Positions 51,250-61,370 of a stretch of DNA of 64,000 nucleotides are shown piece by piece (position 1 is the first letter of the stretch; each line of letters begins with the position of its first letter). Under the pieces are notes generated by a model. The model did no database searches. It saw only the letters and a program-made list of their open reading frames with translations, and was not told the origin of the DNA. A program made the translations under genes and the position numbers. The stretch is from an uncultured delta proteobacterium (GTDB lineage Bacteria > Myxococcota_A > Polyangia > Polyangiales > JAFGIB01). Location of the stretch: NCBI GenBank assembly GCA_963778655.1, contig CAVZVA010000011.1:192001-256000 (forward strand), in the 5' to 3' direction.

Positions 51250-52255
51250 GCTCGTGCTGGCGGCGATGCTGGCGTCGGCCACGCTGTACGCGGTGCTGGC
51301 CGGCGCCGACTTCGGCGCCGGCATGACCGAGGGCCTGATTGGCCCGGACGCGCGCACGCGCGTCGACGTCGCGCTGGCGCCGGTGTGGGAGGCCAATCAC
51401 GTCTGGCTGGTGTTGCTCGCGGTGCTCGCGTTCGTGGGCTTTCCGCCGCTGTACGCGCTGGTCTCGAGCTATCTGCACCTGCCGCTACTCGGCGCGCTGC
51501 TCGGCATCGTGGCCCGCGGCACGGCGTTCACCTTTCGCCACTACGATCCGCGGGCCGGCGCGCTGCGGCGCGGCTACACCCAGGTGTTTCGCATCGCCAG
51601 CGCGCTCACCCCGCTGTTTCTGGGCATCACGCTGGCCGCGATCGCGGGCGCGGACCTGGGCGCCGAGCCCAGCGCCGGCTTCTACGCCGTGTACGTGGCG
51701 CCCTGGAACACGGCCTTCGGCTGGGCCACCGGTGCCTTCGCCTGCGCGCTCTTCGCCTTCGAAGGGGTGGCCTTGCTGGCGGCCGAGAACGCGAGGCCGG
51801 GCGCGCCGCTGCCGTACCTCGGGCTGACCCGGCGCATGCACGCGCTGGCGATCGCGAGCGGCGCGCTGGTGCTGCTCGCCGCCTTCCGCGCGCACCTGCC
51901 GTGGCTGCAGCGTCTGCTGGGCTCGGCGGTCGCCGGCGGGGCACTGCTGGCGGCGACGCTCCTGATCGGCGTCAGCGCCTATGCCTTCCGCCGCGGGCGG
52001 CCGTGGCTGCTGCGGCTAGCGATCGGCGCTCAGACCTTCTGCGTGCTGCTCGGATTCGCAGCTGGGCAATTTCCGGTGCTGCTGCGGGTGCAGGGCGCGG
52101 ACATCCTCTACCGCGCCGCCGCCGCGCCGCCCCCGACGCTGCGCACGCTGCTATGGGCGCTGCTGTTCGGTCTGGTCGTGATCCTTCCGGGCACCGCGTA
52201 CCTGATCGCCGTGTACAAGACCGCGCCGCGCGCGGGCCGCCGTCAGGAGCCGTAG
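51242..52255 (+). CDS. cydB: Cytochrome bd ubiquinol oxidase subunit II
   Basis: YAVLAGADFGAG, PVWEANHVWL, ARGTAF; overlaps the cydA stop. Confidence 0.93.
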   Translation: MAELVLAAMLASATLYAVLAGADFGAGMTEGLIGPDARTRVDVALAPVWEANHVWLVLLAVLAFVGFPPLYALVSSYLHLPLLGALLGIVARGTAFTFRHYDPRAGALRRGYTQVFRIASALTPLFLGITLAAIAGADLGAEPSAGFYAVYVAPWNTAFGWATGAFACALFAFEGVALLAAENARPGAPLPYLGLTRRMHALAIASGALVLLAAFRAHLPWLQRLLGSAVAGGALLAATLLIGVSAYAFRRGRPWLLRLAIGAQTFCVLLGFAAGQFPVLLRVQGADILYRAAAAPPPTLRTLLWALLFGLVVILPGTAYLIAVYKTAPRAGRRQEP

Positions 52256-52296
52256 TGGGTGCTTGCCGCTGTGTGCCGCGTGCCTACGTGGCGGCC

Positions 52297-54096
52297 ATGA
52301 CGGCGCTCGACCAGCTCATCCCCAAACCCGGCTTGACCGAGATCGATCGCATCGACGTGGCCGCGCCGGCCCAGCGCGTGTGGGAGCGCGTGCGCCACGG
52401 CGACCTCGGCCAAGCGCCGGCCAGCCGCGCGCTGTTCGCGCTGCGCGCGCTGCCGAGCCGCCTCGCGGGTGACCACGCGGACTTGCGCCTGCGCATCGAC
52501 GCGCTGCGCTCGAGCCCGGAGCAGCCGGGCTTCCAGATCCTGCGCGACGCGCCCCCGCGCGAGGTCGCGGTCGGCGCCATCGGCAAGGTCTGGCAGCGCG
52601 TGATCCCCTTCGTGCATGTGGCCGACGCGGAGGCGTACGCGGCGTTCGCCGAGCCGGGCTTCATCAAGGTGGCGTGGGCGCTGCGCGTGCTGCCGCTCGG
52701 AGAGCAGACCGCGCGCATCGAATTCGAGGTGCGCGTGGCCGCCACCGACGAGGCCGCGTGGCCCAAGTTCCGCCGTTACTTTCGCGTGATCGGGCCGGGC
52801 TCGCACTTCATCCGGCACACGCTGCTGGGCGCGCTCGAGCGCGAGCTCGGCAGCCTCGAGACGCGCGAGCAGCAGGCCGCGCTCCCCGGCGACGAGCTGA
52901 TCCCGGATGCCGGCGCGCAGACCACGCACGGCATCACGATTGAGGCGCCGCCCGAGCGGGTCTGGCCGTGGCTGGCGCAGATGGGCTGCCGGCGCGGCGG
53001 CTTCTACAGCTTCGACCTGCTCGACAACGGCGGTCAGCCCAGCGCGCGCGAGGTCCACCCCGAGCTGCAGCGACTGGCGGTCGGCGACCTGATCCCGGCC
53101 ACGCCCAAGGGCGCGGACGGCTTCGAAGTGCTGCGCGTGGAGCCCCAGCACACGCTGGTGCTGGGCGGGCTCTACGACCGCAAGGCGCGGCGACAGCTCG
53201 CGTTCGGGGCACCGCGGCCGCCGCGCTACTGGCAGGTGAGCTGGGCGTTCGTGCTCGAGCCGCTCGGCGCGCACGCCACCCGGCTGTGCGTGCGCGGGCG
53301 CGTGGCGTTCCCACCCGACACACGGTTGCACGCGCTGTGGATGCGCGGCGTGCACCACGTGATGCAGAGCGCGCAGCTGCGGCACCTGGCCGCACGTGCG
53401 GAGGGGCGGCTGGAGCGCGACGACGCGCTCGACGTGCTCGAAGGACTGGCCGGCGCCGCGCGCATGGCACTGGCGCTCGGGACACCATTTCTGCGCGGCC
53501 GGCGCACGCAGCTGGGGCTGCAGCGCGAGCAGGCGCAGCGCGCGCTCGCCGGCGACGAGCTGATCAACGACCCGCGCTGGTCGTACACGCACGCGATCGA
53601 GATCGGCGCGCCGCCGAGCCAGGTCTGGCCCTGGATCGCCCAGATCGGCGCTGATCGCGGCGGCTTCTACAGCTACCAGTGGCTCGAGAACCTCGCCGGC
53701 TGCGGCGTGCGCAATGCCGAGACCATCCACCCCGAGTGGCAGCTGCGCGAGGGCGATGGCGTGGTGCTGCACCCGCGCGTCGCCCCGCTCTCGGTGGTGC
53801 GCCTGGTTCCCGGAAGCTACTTCGTGATGTACGCGGCCGCCGATCAGGCGGCGCGCGCCGCAGGCAAGCCCTGGAGCGCGGCGAGCTGGCTGCTGCTGCT
53901 CGAGCCGCTGGGCGAGCGGCGCTGCCGCCTGATCAGCCGCTATCGCTGCGCCTGCTCCGACGACCTGGCGACGCGGCTCTCGCTCGGTCCCGGCCTGCTC
54001 GAGCCGATCAGCTACGCGATGGACCGGCGCATGCTCAGCGGCGTCAAGCAGCGCGCCGAGCAGGCAGACGGGCTGCTGCGCCACGCCTCGGCGTGA
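52297..54096 (+). CDS. Triple SRPBCC/START-like domain protein
   Basis: Repeated IxIxAPPxxVWPWxAQxG..RGGFYS domains plus a related N-terminal domain. Confidence 0.75.
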   Translation: MTALDQLIPKPGLTEIDRIDVAAPAQRVWERVRHGDLGQAPASRALFALRALPSRLAGDHADLRLRIDALRSSPEQPGFQILRDAPPREVAVGAIGKVWQRVIPFVHVADAEAYAAFAEPGFIKVAWALRVLPLGEQTARIEFEVRVAATDEAAWPKFRRYFRVIGPGSHFIRHTLLGALERELGSLETREQQAALPGDELIPDAGAQTTHGITIEAPPERVWPWLAQMGCRRGGFYSFDLLDNGGQPSAREVHPELQRLAVGDLIPATPKGADGFEVLRVEPQHTLVLGGLYDRKARRQLAFGAPRPPRYWQVSWAFVLEPLGAHATRLCVRGRVAFPPDTRLHALWMRGVHHVMQSAQLRHLAARAEGRLERDDALDVLEGLAGAARMALALGTPFLRGRRTQLGLQREQAQRALAGDELINDPRWSYTHAIEIGAPPSQVWPWIAQIGADRGGFYSYQWLENLAGCGVRNAETIHPEWQLREGDGVVLHPRVAPLSVVRLVPGSYFVMYAAADQAARAAGKPWSAASWLLLLEPLGERRCRLISRYRCACSDDLATRLSLGPGLLEPISYAMDRRMLSGVKQRAEQADGLLRHASA

Positions 54097-54175
54097 CGCG
54101 CCGACGCCACGGTTGATTCGCGCGCCATCGCTGGTAGAGTCGGCGGTCTTGCGACGCCACAGGGGAGCATCGGAG

Positions 54176-54499
54176 ATGAGCAAGCTCGGCGACTACCTGG
54201 AAAAGCACAAGATCGACCCGCGGCGCGTGCTCGCCGCGTCAGCCCGGATCGAGGCCCTCAAGCCCGAGGACCGCGCCATCCGCCTTGCACGCAAGCGCGC
54301 CAAGAACGGCGACGAGGGCGCCAAGGAGCTGGCCGCAAAGAAGCGCCGCTCCGGACGTCCGGTCAGCCCGCCGACCCTGAACAGGGCGCTCGCTGGCGGT
54401 GCCCTGAACGGGCGCGCCCGCGCGCGCGTGGTGCGCGCGGTCAACGCGGTGCTCAGCCACAAGAGCAAGGGCGAAGCCAAGCTCAGCGACTTGTTCTGA
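54176..54499 (+). CDS. Small basic hypothetical protein
   Basis: RBS-like GGGGAG/GGAG; Lys/Arg-rich 107-aa ORF with GC3-rich codons. Confidence 0.7.
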   Translation: MSKLGDYLEKHKIDPRRVLAASARIEALKPEDRAIRLARKRAKNGDEGAKELAAKKRRSGRPVSPPTLNRALAGGALNGRARARVVRAVNAVLSHKSKGEAKLSDLF

Positions 54500-54518
54500 G
54501 CCGCAGCCGGCGCCGCCC

Positions 54519-55580
54519 ATGGACTCCAGGCCACCGCTGGCGAACGCCGCGCGCTTCGGCACCGCGGCCGACCGGGTGGCGGTGGTGGTCAACGGCCGGG
54601 CCAAGCAGGTCACCGAGGAGCTGGTCGAGACGCTCGACCAGATCGTCCAGAGCGGCGACCTGTTCGTGTCGCGCAGCCTCGAGGAGGGCAAGGAGATCGC
54701 GCGCATCATCGTCGAGCGCGGCTATCCCACCGTGCTCACCGGCGGCGGAGACGGCACTTTCGTGCAGATGGTCTCTTGGATCGTGCCAGTCGCCGAGCAG
54801 CTCGGACGGCCGGTACCGCGCTTCGGGCTGCTCAAGCTCGGCACCGGCAACGCGATGGCGTGGGTGTTGGGCGCGCAGTACCGCCGCGGCCGCGGCGTGG
54901 TCGCCGATCTCGCGCGGCTGCGCAGCGAGGGCGGCAGTAGCACGCTGCGCCTGATCGAGGTCGAAGATATGCTGACGCCGTTCGGCGGGCTGGGCGCCGA
55001 CGCGATCGCGCTCGAGCACCACCGCGCGACCAAGCAGCTGTTCGAGCGCGCGCGGCTGCCGCGCCTGCTGGCGAGCGGAGCGGTAACCTACGCGGTCTCG
55101 CTGATGGGGCGCTCGGTGCCGCGCTTCTTGCTGGCGCCGATGCCGGAGTTTCGCGTGATCAACGAGGGCGAGACGGCGATCGTGCTGGGCCAGGACGGCC
55201 GCCCGGTCGGACGCGAGATCGGCGCCGGCGAGCTGCTGTACCAGGGACCTGCCACGATCATGGCCTTCAGCACCATCCCGTACTGGGGTTTCGGCGCGCG
55301 CGTGTTTCCCTATGCCGAGGAACGCCAGGACCGCTTCAATCTGCGCGTGGTGAGCTTCGGCTCGATCGAGGCGGTGACGCACGTGCGCTCGATCTGGCGC
55401 GGCAGCTACCATAGCGACCGGCTGCACGACTTCCTGGTCGAGCGCGTGCGCATCGAGTGCATGCGACCGACCCCGTTGCAGATCGGCGGCGACGTGGTCG
55501 GCATGCGCCGCGAGGTCACCGCCGTCCTCTCCAAGCGCCCGATCCGCGTGGTCGACTACTACGCCCCCCCGCCGGTGTGA
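54519..55580 (+). CDS. Diacylglycerol kinase family protein
   Basis: VVVNGRA, GGGDGT, LGTGN, PYWGFG, LQIGGD. Confidence 0.88.
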   Translation: MDSRPPLANAARFGTAADRVAVVVNGRAKQVTEELVETLDQIVQSGDLFVSRSLEEGKEIARIIVERGYPTVLTGGGDGTFVQMVSWIVPVAEQLGRPVPRFGLLKLGTGNAMAWVLGAQYRRGRGVVADLARLRSEGGSSTLRLIEVEDMLTPFGGLGADAIALEHHRATKQLFERARLPRLLASGAVTYAVSLMGRSVPRFLLAPMPEFRVINEGETAIVLGQDGRPVGREIGAGELLYQGPATIMAFSTIPYWGFGARVFPYAEERQDRFNLRVVSFGSIEAVTHVRSIWRGSYHSDRLHDFLVERVRIECMRPTPLQIGGDVVGMRREVTAVLSKRPIRVVDYYAPPPV

Positions 55581-55582
55581 TC

Positions 55583-56446
55583 TTAGGGAGCGAACTCGAC
55601 CTGGACCGCGTGGGGGATGATGCCGGCGGCGTGACCGCGGTCGAGCAGGGTCTGGATCGCCTGGCGGCCGGCCGGGCCGTAATCGAGGGTGTCGCGGTTG
55701 GCGTACATCGCCAGATAGCGGTCGAACAGCGCCCGCTCGCGCGGCACCCCCTCGCGCCGCTCGGCTGCCAGCAGCGCGTCGATCACGGTCTCGCGGTGCG
55801 CGAGCGCCCAGGCGATCGATTCGCGCAGCACCTGCGACACCAGAGCGATGCGCTCCGCCCCCAGCGAGCGCGCGATCGCGTTGCCCCCCAGCGGCAGCGG
55901 CAAGCCGGTCGAGGCCTGCCACGCCTCGCCCAGCTCGCACACCCGGTGCAGGCCCTCGCGCTCATAAAGCAGGCGGCCCTCGTGGATCAGCAGCACCGCC
56001 TCCACTTCGCCCTCGCGCAGGGCCTGGTAGGCCCGGCTAAAGGGGGCGACTGGCACGATCACCGGCTCGAACTGCGGCAGCAGCAGGCGCAACACGAGGT
56101 AGGCGGAGGTGCGAAGGCCGGGGACCCCAATCTTGCGATGGGCCAATCCGGCGAGCTCGCGCGGGCGATCGGCGACCAGCACCGGCCCATAGCCCGCGCC
56201 CACGCTGCCCCCGTGCGGCAGCAGCAGGTAGCGCTCGGCCAGGTACGCGTACTGGTGGATCGAGACCGCGGTCACCTCCGGCGCCGACCGCAGCTCGGCC
56301 CCGCGGTTGAGCGCCTCGGTGTCGGAGCGCGCGTGCTCGAATGTGAGCCCGTGCGTATCGATGTGCCCCTGCGCGAGCGCCCAGAACATGAACGCGTCGT
56401 CCGAGTCGGGGCTGTAGGCCAGCCGGATGACCTGCTCGTCCGCCAT
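55583..56446 (-). CDS. mqnD: 1,4-dihydroxy-6-naphthoate synthase (futalosine menaquinone pathway)
   Basis: YSPDSDDAFMF, GYGP, PGLRTSA, LLIHEG, LPLPLGG. Confidence 0.88.
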   Translation of the reverse strand: MADEQVIRLAYSPDSDDAFMFWALAQGHIDTHGLTFEHARSDTEALNRGAELRSAPEVTAVSIHQYAYLAERYLLLPHGGSVGAGYGPVLVADRPRELAGLAHRKIGVPGLRTSAYLVLRLLLPQFEPVIVPVAPFSRAYQALREGEVEAVLLIHEGRLLYEREGLHRVCELGEAWQASTGLPLPLGGNAIARSLGAERIALVSQVLRESIAWALAHRETVIDALLAAERREGVPRERALFDRYLAMYANRDTLDYGPAGRQAIQTLLDRGHAAGIIPHAVQVEFAP

Positions 56447-56550
56447 GGCTCTGGCCTGTAGCGCAAAAGCGTGGGTCCGGGCAACGTTGACCCCGGCGCG
56501 CCGGGTTCGATAGGCTGTCTGCTCCAGTGTCCGTCGAAATTCGAGGTCGT

Positions 56551-57246
56551 ATGAGCTTTGGCCGGGTGCCCGTGTTGCGGGCGACATTGCTGCTCGTCGC
56601 GGTGTGCCTGGCCGCTGCGTCGGCAGCCGCGCAGGTCTCCGGAAAGCTGGTGCTCGGGGCCTACAAGCCCGCGCCTCCGCCCGCCTCCAAACGGCCGGCC
56701 TACAACTGGGAGCTGGAAAACGGCTTCAAGGAGGTGCGGCCCGACCGCCTGGACGCGCGTCGAGAGCTGGCGGTGGTGTTGCTCGGCGAAGGCGAGGCCA
56801 AGGGGCTCGACCGCGTCGAGGTGACGTTCTCGGGCGGCGGGCTGATGCCCTCGACGATCGTGTGCCGCAGCGGGGCCACGCTGCTGGTACGTAACGACGA
56901 CGAGGTCGCGCACGAGCTGTTCGCCAAGGGCCTCGCCGACTTCACGGCCGAGGCGATCTCGCCGCGCGGCCGCCGCTCGGTCAGCCTCAAGTCGGCCGGC
57001 GCTTGGGCGCTCGCCGACAAGCTCTTTCCCCACGTAAAGGGCGAGCTGCTGGTGCTGCCCGACCTGCAAGCGGTGGCCAGCGTCGACGCCGAGGGGCAGT
57101 TCAGCTTCAAGGACGTGCCACCCGGCAAGTACGTGCTCAAGGTCTTCCACGGCGACAAGGAGCTCGCCGCCCAGCAGATCGAGCTGACCTCGCGCCCGCT
57201 CAGCGTGGACCCGATCGCGCTCACCCAGAGCCCCGAGACGAAGTAG
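56551..57246 (+). CDS. Secreted hypothetical protein (cupredoxin-like plus carboxypeptidase-regulatory-like)
   Basis: Signal peptide; VRNDDEVAHELF; GQFSFKDVPPGKYVLKVFH. Confidence 0.65.
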   Translation: MSFGRVPVLRATLLLVAVCLAAASAAAQVSGKLVLGAYKPAPPPASKRPAYNWELENGFKEVRPDRLDARRELAVVLLGEGEAKGLDRVEVTFSGGGLMPSTIVCRSGATLLVRNDDEVAHELFAKGLADFTAEAISPRGRRSVSLKSAGAWALADKLFPHVKGELLVLPDLQAVASVDAEGQFSFKDVPPGKYVLKVFHGDKELAAQQIELTSRPLSVDPIALTQSPETK

Positions 57247-57264
57247 GGCCTCACAGGTGCTTTG

Positions 57265-58971
57265 ATGCTGCTATCGCGCTTCTGGTACGTCTTTCTCGCG
57301 GTCGCGACCGCGGCTGCGGTGGCGGCAGCGCTGCTGGCGCAGGCCGTGATCAACGGGCGCTCCGACGAGGCGCTGGCCGAGACGCTGCAACGCGACCGCG
57401 TGATGGCCAACACCATGCTGCGGATGGAGGCGCGCTCGCGGCTGGACCGCATCGCCTTCATCACCGTCGACCCGAAGCTCGGCGGCCTGCTGCAAAAGGC
57501 CCAGGGCGTCACCGACGAGAAGCGCCTGCACGAGCTCAACGGCGCGGTCAAGGAGGCGATGCGCGCCAACATCGCGCGCATCGTCGAGGCCGCTGGCGGC
57601 GGCGAGGCCGGCGAGCAGAAGGGCGGCGAGCTCGAGCCCGACATCGCCTTCGCGCTGGACGCCGACGGACGCATCATCGGCCAGCTCGGCCCGCTCGAGG
57701 CCAACCCGCCCGGCGCGAGCCTGGCCACCTTTCCGCTGGTCAAGCGCGCGCTGCAGGGCTACCTGCGCGACGACGTGTGGATCTACGACCGCCGCGTCTA
57801 CCGCATGGCGGCCAGGCCGGTGATGGCGGGCAGCGAGTACGCGGGTGCGATCGTACACGGCTACCGGCTTGAAAAGGGGCTGCCGCAGAAGCTCTCCGCC
57901 TATCTGGGGGGCGGCGCGAGCGTGGCCTTCTTCTACGGCACCGACGTGCTCGGCAGCTACGTGCCCAACGACGTGGCCGGGGCGCCGCAGCCGGGCGAGC
58001 TCGCGCCGGCGCTGCCCGCCCTGCTCGCGAATCCCAAGTTCGAGGCCGGCGAGGCCACCGAGCCGATCGCGCTGCAGGATGGCGGGCGCGCGGTGTGCGC
58101 GCCGATCGCGGGCAGCGCCGGAGCCGCCGGCGTGGGCTACGCGATCCTGCGCCCTCGCAAGCTGCTGAGCTCGCCGGAGCAGCTGTTCCAACAGGCTTCC
58201 CAGGACGACGTGAAGTCGCTGCCCATCGCCCTGCTGGCAGGCGGGGCGCTGCTGCTGGCCGCGGTGGGCTTGCTGTTCCTGTTCCTGGAGCGCGACCGCC
58301 ACCTCAAGGCCATGCTGGCCAAGACCGCTCAGATCTCCGCCGGCGAGCGCGACCGCCTGATCATCACCGAGTGGCGGGGCGCCTACCGCACGCTGGCCGA
58401 CCGCATCAACCAGGCGATCGACAAGGAGGTGGAGAAGACCGCCGAGCGCGCGCCGACCGCACGCAAGAAGGCCAACCTCGACGAGATCCTCGGCCCCACA
58501 CCCGAGGCCAACGCCACGCCCTTCTTCGGCTTCGCCAGCGAGGAGCTGGTGAGCGAGCCTCCGCCCGCCGCGGCCAAGCCGGCTCCGGCAGCCGCCAAGC
58601 CGCCGCCCCCGATCGCGCCCAAGCCGGCCGCGCCGCCTCCCCCGGCGCCACGCGCCCCTACGCCGGCTCCGGCGCCGCCGCCGGTTGCCACCAAGGCCGC
58701 CGCGCCCGCGACCACCCCGCCGGCGGCCGCCGTCGGCAACGGCGCCGGCTTCGACGAGGACGCGCATTTCCGCGAGGTCTACGAGCAATATGTGGCCGTG
58801 CGAAAGCAGTGCGGGGAGTCGACCGAGAGCCTCACCTTCGACAAGTTCGGGATGACGCTGCGCAAGACGCGCGACCAGATCGTGGAGAAGCAAGGCGTCA
58901 AGACGGTTCGCTTCAGCGTCCAGGTCAAAGAGGGCAAGGCCGCGCTGAAGGCCCAGCCGATCAAGCGCTGA
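57265..58971 (+). CDS. MXAN_5187-family membrane protein
   Basis: Two TM segments around a periplasmic sensor-like domain, a Pro/Ala linker, and C-terminal FREVYEQYV..RKQCGE...VRFSVQVKEGKAALKA. Confidence 0.75.
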   Translation: MLLSRFWYVFLAVATAAAVAAALLAQAVINGRSDEALAETLQRDRVMANTMLRMEARSRLDRIAFITVDPKLGGLLQKAQGVTDEKRLHELNGAVKEAMRANIARIVEAAGGGEAGEQKGGELEPDIAFALDADGRIIGQLGPLEANPPGASLATFPLVKRALQGYLRDDVWIYDRRVYRMAARPVMAGSEYAGAIVHGYRLEKGLPQKLSAYLGGGASVAFFYGTDVLGSYVPNDVAGAPQPGELAPALPALLANPKFEAGEATEPIALQDGGRAVCAPIAGSAGAAGVGYAILRPRKLLSSPEQLFQQASQDDVKSLPIALLAGGALLLAAVGLLFLFLERDRHLKAMLAKTAQISAGERDRLIITEWRGAYRTLADRINQAIDKEVEKTAERAPTARKKANLDEILGPTPEANATPFFGFASEELVSEPPPAAAKPAPAAAKPPPPIAPKPAAPPPPAPRAPTPAPAPPPVATKAAAPATTPPAAAVGNGAGFDEDAHFREVYEQYVAVRKQCGESTESLTFDKFGMTLRKTRDQIVEKQGVKTVRFSVQVKEGKAALKAQPIKR

Positions 58972-59129
58972 AGCTCCAGCTCAGACACGCGTCCAGGTCG
59001 CTTCGCTCCGTGCAGCTCGGGCCGGGGCTCCGGGCGCGCTCGCCCCCGAACGCTTCTGAACGGGAGCTCGCCCTGGGTACGCGGGAGCTTGTGCCCTCGC
59101 CGCGGGCTTTGAGCTACCATCCCGCGCCC

Positions 59130-61370
59130 ATGGAGCAGGCCACCTCTCCCGCTGTGTCGGTCGTGTTGCCGACCTACAACGAGTCGGAGACGCTTCCGGT
59201 GATCGTGCCGCGCATCGTCGAGACGCTGCGCGGCAGCGGCTTCTCTTGCGAGGTCGTGATCGTCGACGACGACTCGCCGGACGGCAGCGCCGAGGTCGCC
59301 GAGCGACTCTCGCACGACTACCCGGTGCGCGTCATCCGGCGCAAGGACGAGCGCGGGCTGGCCACCGCAGTGCTCACCGGGTTCGCGCAGGCACTGGCGC
59401 CGGTGTGCATAGTGATGGACGCCGACGGCAGCCATCCGGTCTCGGTGTTGCCGGCGATGGCGCGGATGATCACCGACGATAAGGCCGACATCGTGGTCGG
59501 CAGCCGCAACATCGAGGGCGGTGGCTCGCACAATTGGCCGCTGTTCTCGCAGCTCAAGAGCAAGCTGGCCGCCTCGCTCAGCTTCGGCTTGACCAGCATG
59601 ACCGACCCGACCACCGGCTTGATGGCGGTGCGCAAGTCACTGCTGCCCGGCCTGAAGCTCGACCCGGTCGGCTGGAAGATCGTGCTCGAGATCGCGGTCA
59701 AGGCCGCGCCCGCACGCGTCGCCGAGGTTCCGATCATGTTCGAGGACCGCGAGCTCGGCGAGAGCAAGCAGAGCCTGCGGGTGTTCGCGCAGTACGTGCT
59801 GCACGTCGCCAAGCTGTATGCATTCCGCTATCCGGCGCTGTTCGAGCTGCTCAAGTTCTGCGCCGTCGGCGTGATCGGCCTGTGCGTGGACCTGGGCACC
59901 GTGATGGCGGTCAAAGAGCGCTACGGCCTGGACACGCGGGTGTGCGCGGTGTTCGGCTTCTCGGTCGCGGTCACCACCAACTACCTGCTCAACCGCTACT
60001 ACACCTTCGCCAAGGGTCGCGAGCTGCCGTTTCTGTTCAGCTACCTCACCTACGTCGGCGCGAACCTGCTCGGCCTGGGCGTGCGCATGGCGGTGGTCGA
60101 GACGCTGATGGTGGTGGCGCAGCTCGATCGCGGTCACGGCTACTTACTGAGCAATGCCGCCGGAATCGCGCTGGCGACGCTGTTCAACTTCGCCGGGGCC
60201 AAGTACTTTGCCTTCGATCCGGAGCGGCTCGCGTTTGGGCAGAAGGCCCGGCCCGAGGTCGATGAGGCGCTGGAGCCGCTGCCGGCACGGATTCGCAAGC
60301 TAGCGTGGTTGCTGCTGGGCGCCGGCGCGCTGTACGCGCTGTGGGCGGCGCGCGCCCAGCCGCAGCTAGCGCTGTGGTCATGGGCGACGATCGCCTTCAG
60401 CGGGCTGCTGCTGTGGGACCAATCGCAGCGCGCCGCCCTGTACACTGCCCTGCTGCTGGCCGGCTCCCCCGCCTTCCTGTCGCAGAGCCGGCGTGCGCCC
60501 GGGGAGATGCCGCTGATCGCACTCAGCGCGGCCGGCCTCTACCTCGCCACCAAGGGGGCGCGCGCGCGCCGGCTCGCGCTGTGCTTCGCCGGCGGCGCGC
60601 TGCTGGGGTTGGGCTCGCTGAGCCGGCTGTGGGTGACCATCCCCTACGCGCTCGGCACCTGCGGCTTCGTGCTGGTACAGACCACGCTGGCGCGCGCGAG
60701 AGAGCAGCAGCCGCTCGCCCTGCGCCGCAGCGTGCTCGCGGGACTGCTCGGCTTCGCCTCCGCGGCCGCCGCCCATCCGCTGCTGGGCACGCTGCTGCCC
60801 CAAAGCGGGCTGCCGCCCTGGCTCGGCCCGATCGGGCTCGACAGCCTGAGCGGGCGGGGCGACGGCGAGCCCTTGTGGTTCTACCCGGCCGTGCTGTACC
60901 GCGAGCACTTCTATCTGCTGCCGCTGATCCTGCTGGGGCTGCCCGCGCTGCTGCGGCGGACCCGCGTACACGCCGTGGTCGCGCTGGCGATGGCGTTCGG
61001 CGCCTGCATCGGCGTGATCGTGCTCTCGGTGCCGAGGGCGAAGGACCCGACCCACGTGCTTTCGGTCGTGCCCTTTCTCTACCTGCTGGCGGGCGCCAGC
61101 CTGGCGGAGCTCGAGACCGACGCGCCCAAGTACCGGCCGGCCAACCGCGCCACCGTACAGGCAGTGTCCGCGGTGACCCTGCTGAGCGTGGTTGCGGTGT
61201 GGCTGGCATGCCTGGTCGGCTCGACCAGCTTGCGCTTCGCACTGCTGTACAGCGCCGGGATGGTGGCGGCGGTCTCCGTGGGTGGCCTCTGGGTCGCGCG
61301 CCAGAAGCTCGTGCTTCCGCTGCTCGCCGGCTGCGCGCTGGCGTTCATCCTGTTCGCGGCGGGTTGCTGA
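59130..61370 (+). CDS. Fusion: polyprenol-phosphate glycosyltransferase (GT2, DPM1-like) + GtrA-like flippase + GT-C-like membrane domain
   Basis: VVLPTYNE, VDDDSPDG, MDADGSH; KFCAVGVIG...NYLLNRYYTF...FNFAGAKYFAF; then many TM helices with EPLWFY. Confidence 0.82.
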   Translation: MEQATSPAVSVVLPTYNESETLPVIVPRIVETLRGSGFSCEVVIVDDDSPDGSAEVAERLSHDYPVRVIRRKDERGLATAVLTGFAQALAPVCIVMDADGSHPVSVLPAMARMITDDKADIVVGSRNIEGGGSHNWPLFSQLKSKLAASLSFGLTSMTDPTTGLMAVRKSLLPGLKLDPVGWKIVLEIAVKAAPARVAEVPIMFEDRELGESKQSLRVFAQYVLHVAKLYAFRYPALFELLKFCAVGVIGLCVDLGTVMAVKERYGLDTRVCAVFGFSVAVTTNYLLNRYYTFAKGRELPFLFSYLTYVGANLLGLGVRMAVVETLMVVAQLDRGHGYLLSNAAGIALATLFNFAGAKYFAFDPERLAFGQKARPEVDEALEPLPARIRKLAWLLLGAGALYALWAARAQPQLALWSWATIAFSGLLLWDQSQRAALYTALLLAGSPAFLSQSRRAPGEMPLIALSAAGLYLATKGARARRLALCFAGGALLGLGSLSRLWVTIPYALGTCGFVLVQTTLARAREQQPLALRRSVLAGLLGFASAAAAHPLLGTLLPQSGLPPWLGPIGLDSLSGRGDGEPLWFYPAVLYREHFYLLPLILLGLPALLRRTRVHAVVALAMAFGACIGVIVLSVPRAKDPTHVLSVVPFLYLLAGASLAELETDAPKYRPANRATVQAVSAVTLLSVVAVWLACLVGSTSLRFALLYSAGMVAAVSVGGLWVARQKLVLPLLAGCALAFILFAAGC

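Noticed and set aside
51385..52296. N-terminal 300 aa of the 903-aa ORF
   Set aside because: Out-of-frame overlap with cydB; the real gene starts at ~52297. The same applies to the extensions of ORFs 4985..7090, 18915..20876 and 58095..61370.
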